Assembly: GCA_034439715.1 (NCBI GenBank)
Contig: JAWXAY010000104.1
Coordinates: forward strand, 1-32,008
Source of the DNA: Pseudomonadota bacterium
GTDB lineage: Bacteria > Bdellovibrionota > Bdellovibrionia > Bdellovibrionales > SG-bin7
DNA length: 32,008 nucleotides
Direction: 5' to 3'
Numbering within the stretch: position 1 is the stretch's first letter; the number at the start of each line of letters is the position of its first letter. Position numbers and translations under genes: made by a program. Below, piece by piece: positions 10,900-20,815 of the stretch. The notes under the pieces were generated by a model. It searched no databases, had not been told where the DNA came from, and saw only the letters and a program-made list of their open reading frames with translations.

Positions 10900-12548
10900 G
10901 CCAACCAAATTGTGCGCACGCCTCGCTCACGTGCCGTTCTTATGGCCTCTTCATAGCCCGCATCGACGTGCCTCATGACCCCGAGTGCCGGATCATTGGT
11001 CAATACTCTTTGCAACCGACGCGCGGCTTGATCAGTACCATCCGCTACTATCACTTGCCCGGCATGGAGGCTGTAACCCATACCGACACCGCCGCCATGG
11101 TGAAAACTAACCCAGGTGGCACCACTCGCCACATTTGCAAGAGCATTTAATATCGGCCAATCGGCGACAGCATCTGAACCATCCTTCATTCCTTCGGTCT
11201 CGCGATTAGGTGAAGCCACACTTCCACAATCCAAATGATCTCGGCCAATGACAATCGGACCCTTTACTTTTTTGGTGGCAACGAGTTCGTTAAACTTTAG
11301 GCCCGCCAAATTTCTTTCTCCATATTCAAGCCAACAAATTCTCGCAGGAAGTCCTTGATACTGAATTCGCTCGGCGGCCATTTTAAGCCAATTATGCAAA
11401 TGATATTTTTTAGGGAACAACTCTACCAAAGCTTGATCTGTGACCTTAATATCTTCGGAATCACCGGAGAGCGCCACCCACCGGAACGGTCCACTCCCTT
11501 TACAAAATAGCGGCCGAATATATTCTGGTACAAAACCAGGAATATCAAAGGCCTCAGCACAACCATATTTTTTGGCTTCAGCTCGGATATTATTTCCGTA
11601 GTCAAATGTGACCGAGCCTTTTTTCTTTAAAAGAAGCATCCCTTCAACATGTTTAGCAATGCTTCTTCCCGCTCGCTCTAAATAATTTTTGGGATCTGCA
11701 TGACGAAGGTCATTGGCTTGTCCCACTGTCAACCCTTCAGGAACATACCCATTTAAGGGATCATGTGCTGAAGTTTGATCCGTCAGAATATCAGGAACAA
11801 AACCCAAATCATTTAATTCGTGAATGACGGTAGCCATATTACCATGAAGGGCAACTGAGCGCGCTTTGCCTTCGGCTTTATACTTTTGGATTCTTGCTAA
11901 AGCATCCTCGATATTTAATGCCAATTCATCTACATAACCTGTCGCGAGTCTTTTCTCGATACGAATTTTATCGACTTCCACGGCTAATACCGTAGCACCA
12001 GCAAAAACTCCCGCTAACGGTTGCGCCCCGCCCATGCCCCCAAGTCCCGCAGTTAAAATAATTTTCCCTTTAAGGCTGCCACCAAAGTGCTGACGCCCAC
12101 ACTCGACAAACGTTTCAAAAGTCCCCTGCACTATTCCTTGCGAGCCTATATATATCCAGCTGCCAGCCGTCATTTGGCCATACATCATCAAACCTTTTTT
12201 ATCTAACTCATTAAAGACCTCCCAGTTAGCCCAGTTTGGTACCAAATTAGAATTGGCAATCAAGACGCGAGGAGCATCTTCGTGAGTGGTAATAATACCA
12301 ACAGGCTTTCCTGACTGAATCAAAAGCGTTTCATCATTATTCAGCTCCGTTAATGAATATAAAATTTTATCAAAGCATTCCCAATTGCGCGCGGCCTTGC
12401 CTTTGCCGCCATAAACAATAAGTTCATCTGGTTTTTCGGCGACATTAGGATCTAAATTATTCTGTATCATTCGAAAGGCGGCTTCTTGCTGCCAACCTTT
12501 GCAAGTCAACTTTGAACCCGTTGGCGCCTTTATTTTTCGTTTTTCCAT
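10896..12548 (-). CDS. hutU: Urocanate hydratase
   Basis: [60 protein letters not shown] and HHGGGVGMG. Confidence 0.98.
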   Translation of the reverse strand: MEKRKIKAPTGSKLTCKGWQQEAAFRMIQNNLDPNVAEKPDELIVYGGKGKAARNWECFDKILYSLTELNNDETLLIQSGKPVGIITTHEDAPRVLIANSNLVPNWANWEVFNELDKKGLMMYGQMTAGSWIYIGSQGIVQGTFETFVECGRQHFGGSLKGKIILTAGLGGMGGAQPLAGVFAGATVLAVEVDKIRIEKRLATGYVDELALNIEDALARIQKYKAEGKARSVALHGNMATVIHELNDLGFVPDILTDQTSAHDPLNGYVPEGLTVGQANDLRHADPKNYLERAGRSIAKHVEGMLLLKKKGSVTFDYGNNIRAEAKKYGCAEAFDIPGFVPEYIRPLFCKGSGPFRWVALSGDSEDIKVTDQALVELFPKKYHLHNWLKMAAERIQYQGLPARICWLEYGERNLAGLKFNELVATKKVKGPIVIGRDHLDCGSVASPNRETEGMKDGSDAVADWPILNALANVASGATWVSFHHGGGVGMGYSLHAGQVIVADGTDQAARRLQRVLTNDPALGVMRHVDAGYEEAIRTARERGVRTIWLA

Positions 12549-12556
12549 AACTGTCC

Positions 12557-14095
12557 TTATAACTCTAACTGACCCACTTTTGCTTCTACAGAACCTAAGA
12601 TTGCGTTGTCATCGATAAGTTGTGCAATTTTTTTTATATCTTCTGAAAAAACTCTATCCTCAAGAGCAAAGGGCACAACTTTTCTTATGGCATCATAGGC
12701 AGCCAAGACTCCGTGAGCTGGTTTTAATGGCTTCAACAAATCGAGTGCTTGAGCTCCACATAAAAGTTCTATGGCAATAATGTTCTTTACATTTTCAGCA
12801 ATCATTCCAATCTTGCGGGCAGCGATCGTGCCCATGCTAACGTGATCTTCTTTACCCGCAGATGTCGGAATTGAGGCTACGCTTGCGGGGTGGGAAAACA
12901 CTTGGTTTTCACTCACCAGACTTGCCGCCGTGTATTGCACAATCATCATACCCGAATTTAGTCCGCTATGGGGCGCTAGAAACGGAGCAAGTCCACTCGT
13001 CACCGCATTCGTCATTTTTTCGGTACGGCGCTCACTCATTGCTCCCATCGCCGTCAGGGCTACAGCTAAATAATCCATCGCAAAAGCAACCGGCTCACCG
13101 TGAAAGTTCCCACAAGATAATATCTTGTCTTCTTTAGCATATACCAGTGGGTTATCCGTGCTGGAGTTGGCTTCGATTTCCAACGTTAATAGAGTATTTT
13201 TGACTGTATTTTTCGTCGCACCGTGAACTGCGGGCATGCAGCGGAGAGAATAGGCGTCTTGAACTCTTTTGCATTCAGCATGGCTTTCGCTAATTTCTGA
13301 ACTCGCACCCAATATTTTTAAAAGATTTCGTGCCGTCTGCATTTCACCATAATGAGGGCGCTCGCGAGAAATAATAGGATCAAAGGCGGATCTTGTTCCC
13401 CGCATGGCCTCTACGGTCATCGCACCTGCCACGTCGGCCAAAAGCACCAACTTCTGAGCCAGGTGTACACGCATGAGTCCCACGGCTGTCATAACCTGAC
13501 AACCGTTGATGAGCGAGAGCCCTTCTTTCGCCTGTAGTTTTAACGGCGCGACCTTTTTACTCGCTAAGAGTTTTTGAGTATCAATAACGCCGGAATCTGT
13601 GAGGCATAACCCCTCACCGATCAAACTCAGCGCTAAATGTGCAAGTGGAGCTAAATCGCCGCTGGCGCCCACGCTGCCTTGCTCAGGAATGGCCGGTAAA
13701 ATTTCATTATTTAAAAATTCAAAAATTTTATCGACTACTTCGGGTCTAATGCCGCTATGTCCCCGCGCCAAGGCATTCGCCCTTAAATACATGATGGCCC
13801 GAGTCTCTGCGCGAGAAAAATATTTACCCACACCGGAAGAGTGAGAACGAATAATATTGATCTGAAGGTTTTCAATATCGTTTTTATTTATCTGTACATC
13901 GCTTAAAGCGCCAAAACCTGTGTTCACGCCATAGATTACTTCGCCACCTTCTAGACGCTTCATCAAATAATTACGAGATTCTAACATTTTTTCTCGAGCG
14001 CTATTTTTGAGACTGAGGGATTTTATCTGCCCTGTACCCACGCTCCAAAGATTCTCTATTCTAACATCATCGCCCGAAACCTGTATCGTCATCAC
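12557..14095 (-). CDS. hutH: Histidine ammonia-lyase
   Basis: [15 protein letters not shown]-forming [25 protein letters not shown] and EDHVSMG; adjacent to hutU. Confidence 0.96.
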   Translation of the reverse strand: MMTIQVSGDDVRIENLWSVGTGQIKSLSLKNSAREKMLESRNYLMKRLEGGEVIYGVNTGFGALSDVQINKNDIENLQINIIRSHSSGVGKYFSRAETRAIMYLRANALARGHSGIRPEVVDKIFEFLNNEILPAIPEQGSVGASGDLAPLAHLALSLIGEGLCLTDSGVIDTQKLLASKKVAPLKLQAKEGLSLINGCQVMTAVGLMRVHLAQKLVLLADVAGAMTVEAMRGTRSAFDPIISRERPHYGEMQTARNLLKILGASSEISESHAECKRVQDAYSLRCMPAVHGATKNTVKNTLLTLEIEANSSTDNPLVYAKEDKILSCGNFHGEPVAFAMDYLAVALTAMGAMSERRTEKMTNAVTSGLAPFLAPHSGLNSGMMIVQYTAASLVSENQVFSHPASVASIPTSAGKEDHVSMGTIAARKIGMIAENVKNIIAIELLCGAQALDLLKPLKPAHGVLAAYDAIRKVVPFALEDRVFSEDIKKIAQLIDDNAILGSVEAKVGQLEL

Positions 14096-14734
14096 TTATT
14101 CCTTTAACGCCTTTATTGACTCACCATAATTGTTTTTAAAAATAAAATTTCCGGAGACTAAAACATCAGCCTCCGCACATAATTTCGCGGTCTCGGCATT
14201 TATACCGCCATCAACTTCAATCAAAGCCTTAGAATGAATTTTGTCCAGTGCCTTTCGCAGATCCCGAAGCTTTGGAATTTGATCATGCATAAACTCTTGG
14301 CCACTAAAGCCGGGGTTAACAGTCATTATCAAGACCAAATCAACATGAGGTAAAACCGATATAATTTCGCTTAACGGGGTTGCTGGTCGCAGAGTAATTC
14401 CCGGCCGGCAACCTAGCTCTCGAATCTTTTTTAGCAAACTCACGGGATCCTTGGTGGACTCTATGTGCACAGTTAGGTAATCGGCCCCCGCTTTTGCAAA
14501 GGCTTCTAAAAAATACTGAGGATTTTCAATCATAAGATGTACATCTAAGGGCAATTTTGTGGCCTTCTTGAGAGATCCCACCACAGCAGGACCTACAGTA
14601 ATGTTTGGTACAAAATGTCCATCCATTACGTCCACATGAATCCAATCGGCCCCGGCCTCACCCACAGCTTTTACCTCTGCGGCTAGTCGAGAAAAATCGG
14701 CCGATAAAATACTTGGCGCAATAAGCTTAGCCAA
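14096..14734 (-). CDS. rpe: Ribulose-phosphate 3-epimerase
   Basis: IAPSILSADF, HVDVMDGHFVPN, MTVNPGFSGQ and EVDGGIN. Confidence 0.97.
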   Translation of the reverse strand: MAKLIAPSILSADFSRLAAEVKAVGEAGADWIHVDVMDGHFVPNITVGPAVVGSLKKATKLPLDVHLMIENPQYFLEAFAKAGADYLTVHIESTKDPVSLLKKIRELGCRPGITLRPATPLSEIISVLPHVDLVLIMTVNPGFSGQEFMHDQIPKLRDLRKALDKIHSKALIEVDGGINAETAKLCAEADVLVSGNFIFKNNYGESIKALKE

Positions 14735-15668
14735 AATGTTCTCCCTTTTTTAGGGCATTGCCCTTTAAAAATTCCGCGGCGGTCATGCGCAACCGAGACT
14801 CTGGTTGAAGCTCCAATATTTCAAGTGAGCCCACTCCACAACCCACCGTAATGGAAGCCTTGGAAACTTCTGTGATAAACCCCGGCTTAAATTTATCGGA
14901 TGCCGAATGAACTTTAGTTTTAAGAATTTTAATTTTTTTACCATTAAAAAGAGTCCATGTGCCCGGCCCTATCACAAGCGCCCGTACCTTATTAAAAATT
15001 TTTCGCGCAGGTTCTTGCCAATTAATTTCGCTTTCTGATTTCTTAATCTTTTGAGCATAGCTAACCAAAAGTTCATCTTGTTTTATGCCGGCCAAATTGC
15101 CCCGCATAAAATCCATAAAATCTACAATAAGTAGTTCTTTGCAAAGTAGCTCCATTTTCCTAAGTAAAATTTCACCATCAAGGTCGTCAGTAATACTCAG
15201 TCGCCGACAGCCTAAAACATCTCCGGCATCTAGTTTTAGAACCACTTTCTGTAAAGAAACTCCCGTCTCACTATCATTATTCATCAATGCTCTCTGTACC
15301 GGAGCTGCCCCTCGCCAAAGAGGCAGTAGGCTCGTGTGCACATTCACAACATGGTCAGGATAAATATCTAAAAATTTCTGAGAGAGTATTTGACCAAAAG
15401 CCACAACAACGGCGGCCTCGGCTTTAAGTTCAATGAGTTCGTCAAGAACCTTTTCGTCATTTATGTTTTCAGGAGTCATTATTCTCAGCCCGTGCTCGTT
15501 GGCAAACTTCTTTACGGGACTAGGGGTAAGCTGCATTTTTCGACCACGAGGTCTATCCGGCTGAGTAACGACACCCACCACTTCAAAATGGTTGTCCTCA
15601 CGAAGGCACTTGAGTGCGTGCACAGAAAATTCAGGCGTACCTAAAAAAACGATGCGAATTGTGCTCAC
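14727..15668 (-). CDS. fmt: Methionyl-tRNA formyltransferase
   Basis: IVFLGTPEF, TQPDRPRGR, NVHTSLLPLWRGAAP and LDAGD; GTG start overlaps the def stop (GTGA). Confidence 0.97.
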   Translation of the reverse strand: MSTIRIVFLGTPEFSVHALKCLREDNHFEVVGVVTQPDRPRGRKMQLTPSPVKKFANEHGLRIMTPENINDEKVLDELIELKAEAAVVVAFGQILSQKFLDIYPDHVVNVHTSLLPLWRGAAPVQRALMNNDSETGVSLQKVVLKLDAGDVLGCRRLSITDDLDGEILLRKMELLCKELLIVDFMDFMRGNLAGIKQDELLVSYAQKIKKSESEINWQEPARKIFNKVRALVIGPGTWTLFNGKKIKILKTKVHSASDKFKPGFITEVSKASITVGCGVGSLEILELQPESRLRMTAAEFLKGNALKKGEHFG

Positions 15669-16243
15669 AAAACGTCGTGCCCCTCTGGGTTAGGAATCTC
15701 ATCATATCCATATTTTTTAATTTTCGCTCGCAGTCTTGTAGATTTAATGAGACTCAACCGATCAATAAACATAATTCCTTCGAGATGATCAATCTCATGC
15801 TGTAAACAAATTGATAGCAGGCCATCGGTTTTAATTACAATTTCTTTTTCGTTTTTATCAATACCTTTAACTTCGACATAGTTAGAACGCGGAACGTCTT
15901 CAAAATATCCAGGTACGCTTAAGCACCCTTCGTTAAAAGCGGTTTTACCCTCTAATTTAGTGACTTTTGGATTAAACAACACAAGTGGATTTTTGTATGA
16001 TTTCTCTAAATCGGTCTGAATATACTTTTGGGTACCGCCAGCTTTGTAAGGCCAAACGGTATCCACAATAACTAGCTGAGTGAGTTCCCCAACTTGCGGC
16101 GCTGCTAAACCTATTCCTTTAAATTTATACATGGTCTCAAGCATATCATCGGCAAGCTTTATTAAATCTGACGTTATGTGTGATATCGCCTGACACTTTT
16201 TTCTGAGGAACTGGTCCGGATATTTTACGATTTCACGAATCAT
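15665..16243 (-). CDS. def: Peptide deformylase
   Basis: GIGLAAPQ, EGCLS and QHEIDHLEG. Start re-assigned to ATG 16243 (MIREIVKYPD), overlapping the upstream TGA; GTG 16246 is an alternative. Confidence 0.96.
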   Translation of the reverse strand: MIREIVKYPDQFLRKKCQAISHITSDLIKLADDMLETMYKFKGIGLAAPQVGELTQLVIVDTVWPYKAGGTQKYIQTDLEKSYKNPLVLFNPKVTKLEGKTAFNEGCLSVPGYFEDVPRSNYVEVKGIDKNEKEIVIKTDGLLSICLQHEIDHLEGIMFIDRLSLIKSTRLRAKIKKYGYDEIPNPEGHDVL

Positions 16244-17322
16244 CACTTGCCCATACGCATAAGAAATACCATTGCTAAAATTCCCGTCAAAATATTCGGC
16301 ACCCAAGCACTCACAATCGGCGGAAAGTAAGACAGATTCCCCATAGTGATAAACGAATTATAAAGCGTCCAATATAAAAAGGTTATACCAATACAAATGC
16401 CTGTGCTCAAGAGTCTGCCGCCCGCACGTGGTCTGACCAGGCTAAAGGGTATGCCTATCAAAGACATTACGAGAGCCGAAAACGCAAAACTAAACTTGGT
16501 ATGCAAATCCATCTCGTAACGCGTAGTATCGAGACCAGCATCTTTATTCTTTTTTATAAATTGCGCCAGCTGATTGACGCTTAATATGTCGGCAGAACTA
16601 CTCGTAGAACTGAGATCCCCGATATCCTCATCCATTTGCACTGTTTTTTCGGAAAATATTTTTGTGAGGGGGAAGCTGGTTTCCTGTGCAAACACGGTTA
16701 CCGAACCATTTTTTAACTTCCACTCTTGCCCATTAAGCGAAACCTCTTCGGCCTTGATGACTTGAATTAGCCTCCAAGCATTGTCAAAATAGTAGAGTGA
16801 GATTCCTTGAGCCTTTTTTGCTTCCGCCAAAAGTGTTTGGATGTTGAACAAAACATTTCTCGACCGGTACCAAATTTTGTCGGTCTTAACCGTACTGTAA
16901 AGTGAGGGTTTTTTTTTGATTTCGACATAATAAATATAATTTTTCTTTTGAGCTAAATTGGGTAGAACCCGATCACTAATCCAATAAGAAAAACCGGATA
17001 TTAGGGTCACCAATGTCAATATTGGCAGACTGATTCGAGCTAAGCTCATCCCACAGCTAAATAATACGGTAAGTTCATTATTACGATTTAAGGAGCTGAT
17101 GGTAAAGACTGTTGCAACCATGCAAGCCACGGGAGTCATTTGATAAACAACCGAAGGCAAAAAATAGCGATAGTAGTTTAAAAGAATATCAGCGCTTACA
17201 TCAAAGCGATTCATACTTGTCAAAAAATCCACTGCAATAAAGAGAGACACGAAAACCACAAGAGCGCCGAGAAAAAACACAAAGAACATCCGCCCTATGT
17301 AGCGATCAATTAACGAAATCAT
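16243..17322 (-). CDS. lptG: LPS export ABC transporter permease (LptF/LptG family, LptG-like)
   Basis: LIDRYI N-terminus, 3 TM + periplasmic domain + 3 TM layout, NNELTVLFSCGMS and PPIVSAWVPN. Confidence 0.82.
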   Translation of the reverse strand: MISLIDRYIGRMFFVFFLGALVVFVSLFIAVDFLTSMNRFDVSADILLNYYRYFLPSVVYQMTPVACMVATVFTISSLNRNNELTVLFSCGMSLARISLPILTLVTLISGFSYWISDRVLPNLAQKKNYIYYVEIKKKPSLYSTVKTDKIWYRSRNVLFNIQTLLAEAKKAQGISLYYFDNAWRLIQVIKAEEVSLNGQEWKLKNGSVTVFAQETSFPLTKIFSEKTVQMDEDIGDLSSTSSSADILSVNQLAQFIKKNKDAGLDTTRYEMDLHTKFSFAFSALVMSLIGIPFSLVRPRAGGRLLSTGICIGITFLYWTLYNSFITMGNLSYFPPIVSAWVPNILTGILAMVFLMRMGK

Positions 17323-17328
17323 AGAATG

Positions 17329-17337
17329 ATGTTATCA
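17329..17337 (-). promoter_or_regulatory. Extended -10 element, probable leaderless promoter of lptG
   Basis: Minus strand TG-A-TAACAT, then exactly 6 nt, then the lptG ATG; no SD sequence. Confidence 0.45.
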
Positions 17338-17378
17338 GAATTCTTGACTCCAGAGTTTAAAAATCGTTTACTCTTATC

Positions 17379-18287
17379 ATGGCGTTACGCGTCTTGTTAG
17401 CCGACGAAAGTTCAAGCATCAAGCGAGTTATGGAGTTAGCACTTCAAGACTTTGCTGTAGAAGTCAAACCTGTTTTCTTGGGGCCAGATGTTCTTGCTAT
17501 TACTAAGCAGTTTAAGCCAGATATTATTTTTGTAGATATCCTGTTGCAAAAAATGAGTGGGTATGAAGTTTCACAAGCCTTAAAAAAAATTCCAGAATTA
17601 GCGAGAATCCCTATCGTAATGATGTGGAGTGGCTTTATGGAGCTTGATGAAGAAAAATTCAAAAGCTCGCAAGCCGACAGTAAACTTGAAAAACCCTTTA
17701 CCAGCGATCAGCTCCGAAAATTGATTAGGGAATTGGTGCCAAAGACGACAAGTCAAAGTCTCTCAGAATTTATACAGCTTCCCGAAATAATTGAGAGTCT
17801 AAATCAAGAGAACAGGCAAGGTCACCCAAAAGACGGAGCAGTGAACGCAACAGAAAATGCTGCTGAAGCTTGGAATATGGAGAGCTTTGCTCCTATTGAA
17901 AACTTTGCTGAGCCCACAGGACCTGACAACGAAAGCTGGGTGCAGACAAATCTTAATAAGTTTAAAGTGCCTGAGCCAAAAACCGATGAAGAATTTCTGT
18001 CGGAAATTTCAACACCCCCTGCACCCTTAAAAGATAAATCAGATAAATCGTCTAAATTAGTTAAGCGGGATCCTCAGGTGGAAGCTAATGGCGTCCCTCT
18101 CCAACAAAAAATATTTGCTGAGCCAAAAATCACTGAAGCCGAACTCGAACCTATTATTCGAAAACAAGCTAAAGAGATGATTGACTCCATCATCTGGAAA
18201 ATAGTTCCTGACATGGCCGAGCGAATTATAAAAGAAGAGATCCAGCGTCTGCTTCATGAAAAAGACGGCCAGATCCATCTTGATTAA
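17379..18287 (+). CDS. romR: RomR-like polar response regulator (receiver + acidic/Pro linker + RomR C-terminal helix)
   Basis: N-terminal REC domain (VLLADES, DIIFVD with acceptor Asp, KPF), no DNA-binding output, and C-terminal IIWKIVPDMAERIIKEEIQRL resembling the RomR-C motif of Myxococcus/Bdellovibrio. Confidence 0.8.
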   Translation: MALRVLLADESSSIKRVMELALQDFAVEVKPVFLGPDVLAITKQFKPDIIFVDILLQKMSGYEVSQALKKIPELARIPIVMMWSGFMELDEEKFKSSQADSKLEKPFTSDQLRKLIRELVPKTTSQSLSEFIQLPEIIESLNQENRQGHPKDGAVNATENAAEAWNMESFAPIENFAEPTGPDNESWVQTNLNKFKVPEPKTDEEFLSEISTPPAPLKDKSDKSSKLVKRDPQVEANGVPLQQKIFAEPKITEAELEPIIRKQAKEMIDSIIWKIVPDMAERIIKEEIQRLLHEKDGQIHLD

Positions 18288-18290
18288 ATT

Positions 18291-19115
18291 ATGGAACTAG
18301 ACAAACTCATAGATAGTGCCTTGAACGAAGACCTACCTCAAGGAGATCTGACCACTGAGTCTTTGTGTGTCGCTGTAAAAATTGGCAAGGCCCGCCTCAT
18401 TGCCAAAGAAGACTTGGTATTATCGGGAACCAATGTCTTCACGCAGACTATTCGTAAGCTAGCATCAGACTGTCTTGTGAAATGGTATTTTAGAGATGGT
18501 GAAATTATACTTAACGGTCAAACGGCAGCGCTCATTGAAGGAAATCTCGTGGGTGTTATAAAGGCCGAGAGGGTTGCTATCAATTTTTTAGGGCATCTGT
18601 CAGGAATTGCCACCTACACTCGTTGTTTTGCTGACCGCCTTAAAAATACCAAAACAAAAATATTAGACACACGAAAGACCACGCCACTTTTACGAGTCCT
18701 CGAAAAACAGGCGGTCGTACATGGTGGTGGCGTTAATCATAGGGCTAACTTAAGTGAAGCCATTCTAATTAAAGAAAATCATATTCACCTTGCTGGTGGC
18801 ATCCGAGAGGCCATTACAAAAATTAGAACTAGATCTTCTAAACCAATTGAGATTGAAGCTAAAAATCTCGACGATGTAAAACTCGCGGTCGAGCTTAAAG
18901 TCACTCGCATTATGTTTGACAACATGGACAATGAGACAATTAGAAAAGCGATGCAAATTGTGCCCCAAATAATTGAAACTGAAGCGAGCGGTAATATGAC
19001 ACTTGACCGCATTACGACCATTGCCGAACTAGGCGTTAATTTTATTAGTGTGGGCGCGATAACCCATTCGGCACCAACGGCTGATTTTAGCCTTATATTT
19101 GATGGGAAGACTTAA
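18291..19115 (+). CDS. nadC: Nicotinate-nucleotide pyrophosphorylase (quinolinate phosphoribosyltransferase)
   Basis: EDLPQGDLTT, ERVAINFL, DTRKTTP, NHR, LIKENH, EASG and ISVGAITHSA. Confidence 0.96.
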   Translation: MELDKLIDSALNEDLPQGDLTTESLCVAVKIGKARLIAKEDLVLSGTNVFTQTIRKLASDCLVKWYFRDGEIILNGQTAALIEGNLVGVIKAERVAINFLGHLSGIATYTRCFADRLKNTKTKILDTRKTTPLLRVLEKQAVVHGGGVNHRANLSEAILIKENHIHLAGGIREAITKIRTRSSKPIEIEAKNLDDVKLAVELKVTRIMFDNMDNETIRKAMQIVPQIIETEASGNMTLDRITTIAELGVNFISVGAITHSAPTADFSLIFDGKT

Positions 19116-19816
19116 TGAAAAAAGATTCTATCTATGAATGGACTATTGAGTGGGGTCAAATTCGTGAAAAACGTGTTTGGATTCAGGATTCCGTAACAAG
19201 CACCAACGACATTGCTAAAGAACAGGGTTTCTCTTACGACCTCTATTTAACAAATCATCAAACTCACGGGCGAGGCCAAAAAAATTCAACTTGGCTCGAC
19301 GATAGGTGCAGCGCCTTACTGAGTTCTTGGACATTTAAATTATCAAAGCCGCCACAGCCGATTGCCAGCCCCCTTTTTGGTTTAGCCCTTTTCACATCGC
19401 TAAAGACAGTTTGGCCAAATCTCCCGTTTAGTTTGAAAGCGCCCAACGATGTTTTCTTGGGTAACAAAAAACTCGCGGGCCTTTTACTGGAAGTTGTTTC
19501 TACTGGGAGTGAACATTTAATGGTTTTGGGCTTGGGAATTAATGTTTTTGCGGCTCCTGAGAGCCTTCCCGAGGCCACTTATTTATCTACCATGGGGGTA
19601 TTGGTAACCAAAACTGATTGGCAACGATTTCTCGATGTCCTACAAACATATTTTAGTGAAATGTCCAAGTTGTCAATCCTTCAAGAAATGCCAGCTGGAC
19701 TCTGTGAGCAAATTAGATCCGCACTTAATCAGTGTCCGCTTAAAAAAGCTTATATTCAGAAAGTGGAATCAAATGGTCATATCATTACAGAAATAGCGAG
19801 TACACCATGGCTTTAA
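19115..19816 (+). CDS. birA: Biotin-protein ligase, group I (no HTH), divergent
   Basis: STND, QTHGRGQ, LKAPNDV, KKLAGLL and GLGINV; overlaps the nadC stop (TAATG). Confidence 0.8.
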   Translation: MKKDSIYEWTIEWGQIREKRVWIQDSVTSTNDIAKEQGFSYDLYLTNHQTHGRGQKNSTWLDDRCSALLSSWTFKLSKPPQPIASPLFGLALFTSLKTVWPNLPFSLKAPNDVFLGNKKLAGLLLEVVSTGSEHLMVLGLGINVFAAPESLPEATYLSTMGVLVTKTDWQRFLDVLQTYFSEMSKLSILQEMPAGLCEQIRSALNQCPLKKAYIQKVESNGHIITEIASTPWL

Positions 19817-20355
19817 CTTACACCCCAGCACCTAAACTAGGAGCTCCATGTCCCGATTTTAGCTTAACGTCTGTGGACGATAAGCCCTTTTCATTGTCCC
19901 ACTTCAAAAACCACAAGGCTCTTGTTGTAATGTTTATCTGTAATCACTGCCCCTATGTTAAGGCAATCGAAAGTAGACTTTTATCACTCGCCAACGAATT
20001 TAAAGGTAATTCCGTGCAGTTTGTCGGGATCTGCTCCAATGACGGCGAGAATTATCCTGAAGACTCTAAGGAAAATCTTTTTAAAACTTGGAAACAAAAA
20101 AAATATCCATTTCCGTATTTGCACGATGTCACTCAACAGGTAGCTAAAGATTTCGGTGCCGTCTGCACCCCCGACTTTTTTGTTTATAATGATAAAAATA
20201 ATTTAGCCTACCGTGGACGGCTTGACGATTCTTGGAAAGACGAAGCTAAAATTATTAAACGGGATCTAAAGGATGCGATTGAGTGCCTAATAAGAGATGA
20301 GTCTCCCGCAGCTATGCAAAATCCTTCAATGGGGTGTTCAATCAAATGGCTTTAA
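19807..20355 (+). CDS. Thioredoxin-fold AhpC/TSA-like redox protein
   Basis: FICNHCPYV, AVCTPDFF, YRGRLDD and GCSIKW. Confidence 0.9.
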   Translation: MALTYTPAPKLGAPCPDFSLTSVDDKPFSLSHFKNHKALVVMFICNHCPYVKAIESRLLSLANEFKGNSVQFVGICSNDGENYPEDSKENLFKTWKQKKYPFPYLHDVTQQVAKDFGAVCTPDFFVYNDKNNLAYRGRLDDSWKDEAKIIKRDLKDAIECLIRDESPAAMQNPSMGCSIKWL

Positions 20356-20804
20356 AAATCGGCGATAAAGCGCCAAGCTTTACTCTTTCAGATGACCGTG
20401 GAAACAAAACTACCCTTAAAGACTTTAGCGGCAAAACTGTGGTGCTTTATTTTTATCCTAAGGATATGACTACTGGCTGTACGGCAGAATCCTGTGATTT
20501 CAGAGATAATTTAAAAAAATTCAAAGCTAAAAAAGTAGTGGTATTGGGTATGAGCAAAGACTCCGTCGCTCGTCACGAAAAATTTCGCGATAAATACGAG
20601 CTTAACTTTCAGCTACTCTCTGATGAGAGCGGTGAAGTTTGTACCAAGTATGGTGTCTATAAAGAAAAATCGATGTATGGCAGAAAATTTATGGGCATCG
20701 AGCGCACTACTTTTATAATTGATGCGAGTGGTGTTATCACTCATATCTTTCCGAAAGTAAAAGTTACGGGACACGTAATGAATGTGTTAAGTGCCATCTC
20801 GTAA
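20346..20804 (+). CDS. bcp: Peroxiredoxin BCP/PrxQ
   Basis: YFYPKDMTTGCTAESCDFRD (PxxxTxxC with resolving Cys five residues later) and GIERTTFII; start re-assigned to ATG 20346 (MALKIGDKAP). Confidence 0.92.
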   Translation: MALKIGDKAPSFTLSDDRGNKTTLKDFSGKTVVLYFYPKDMTTGCTAESCDFRDNLKKFKAKKVVVLGMSKDSVARHEKFRDKYELNFQLLSDESGEVCTKYGVYKEKSMYGRKFMGIERTTFIIDASGVITHIFPKVKVTGHVMNVLSAIS

Positions 20805-20815
20805 TTACTCAAAAA

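Noticed and set aside
16244..16306. N-terminal extension of def
   Set aside because: It overlaps lptG, and Def homology begins at MIREIVKYPD.
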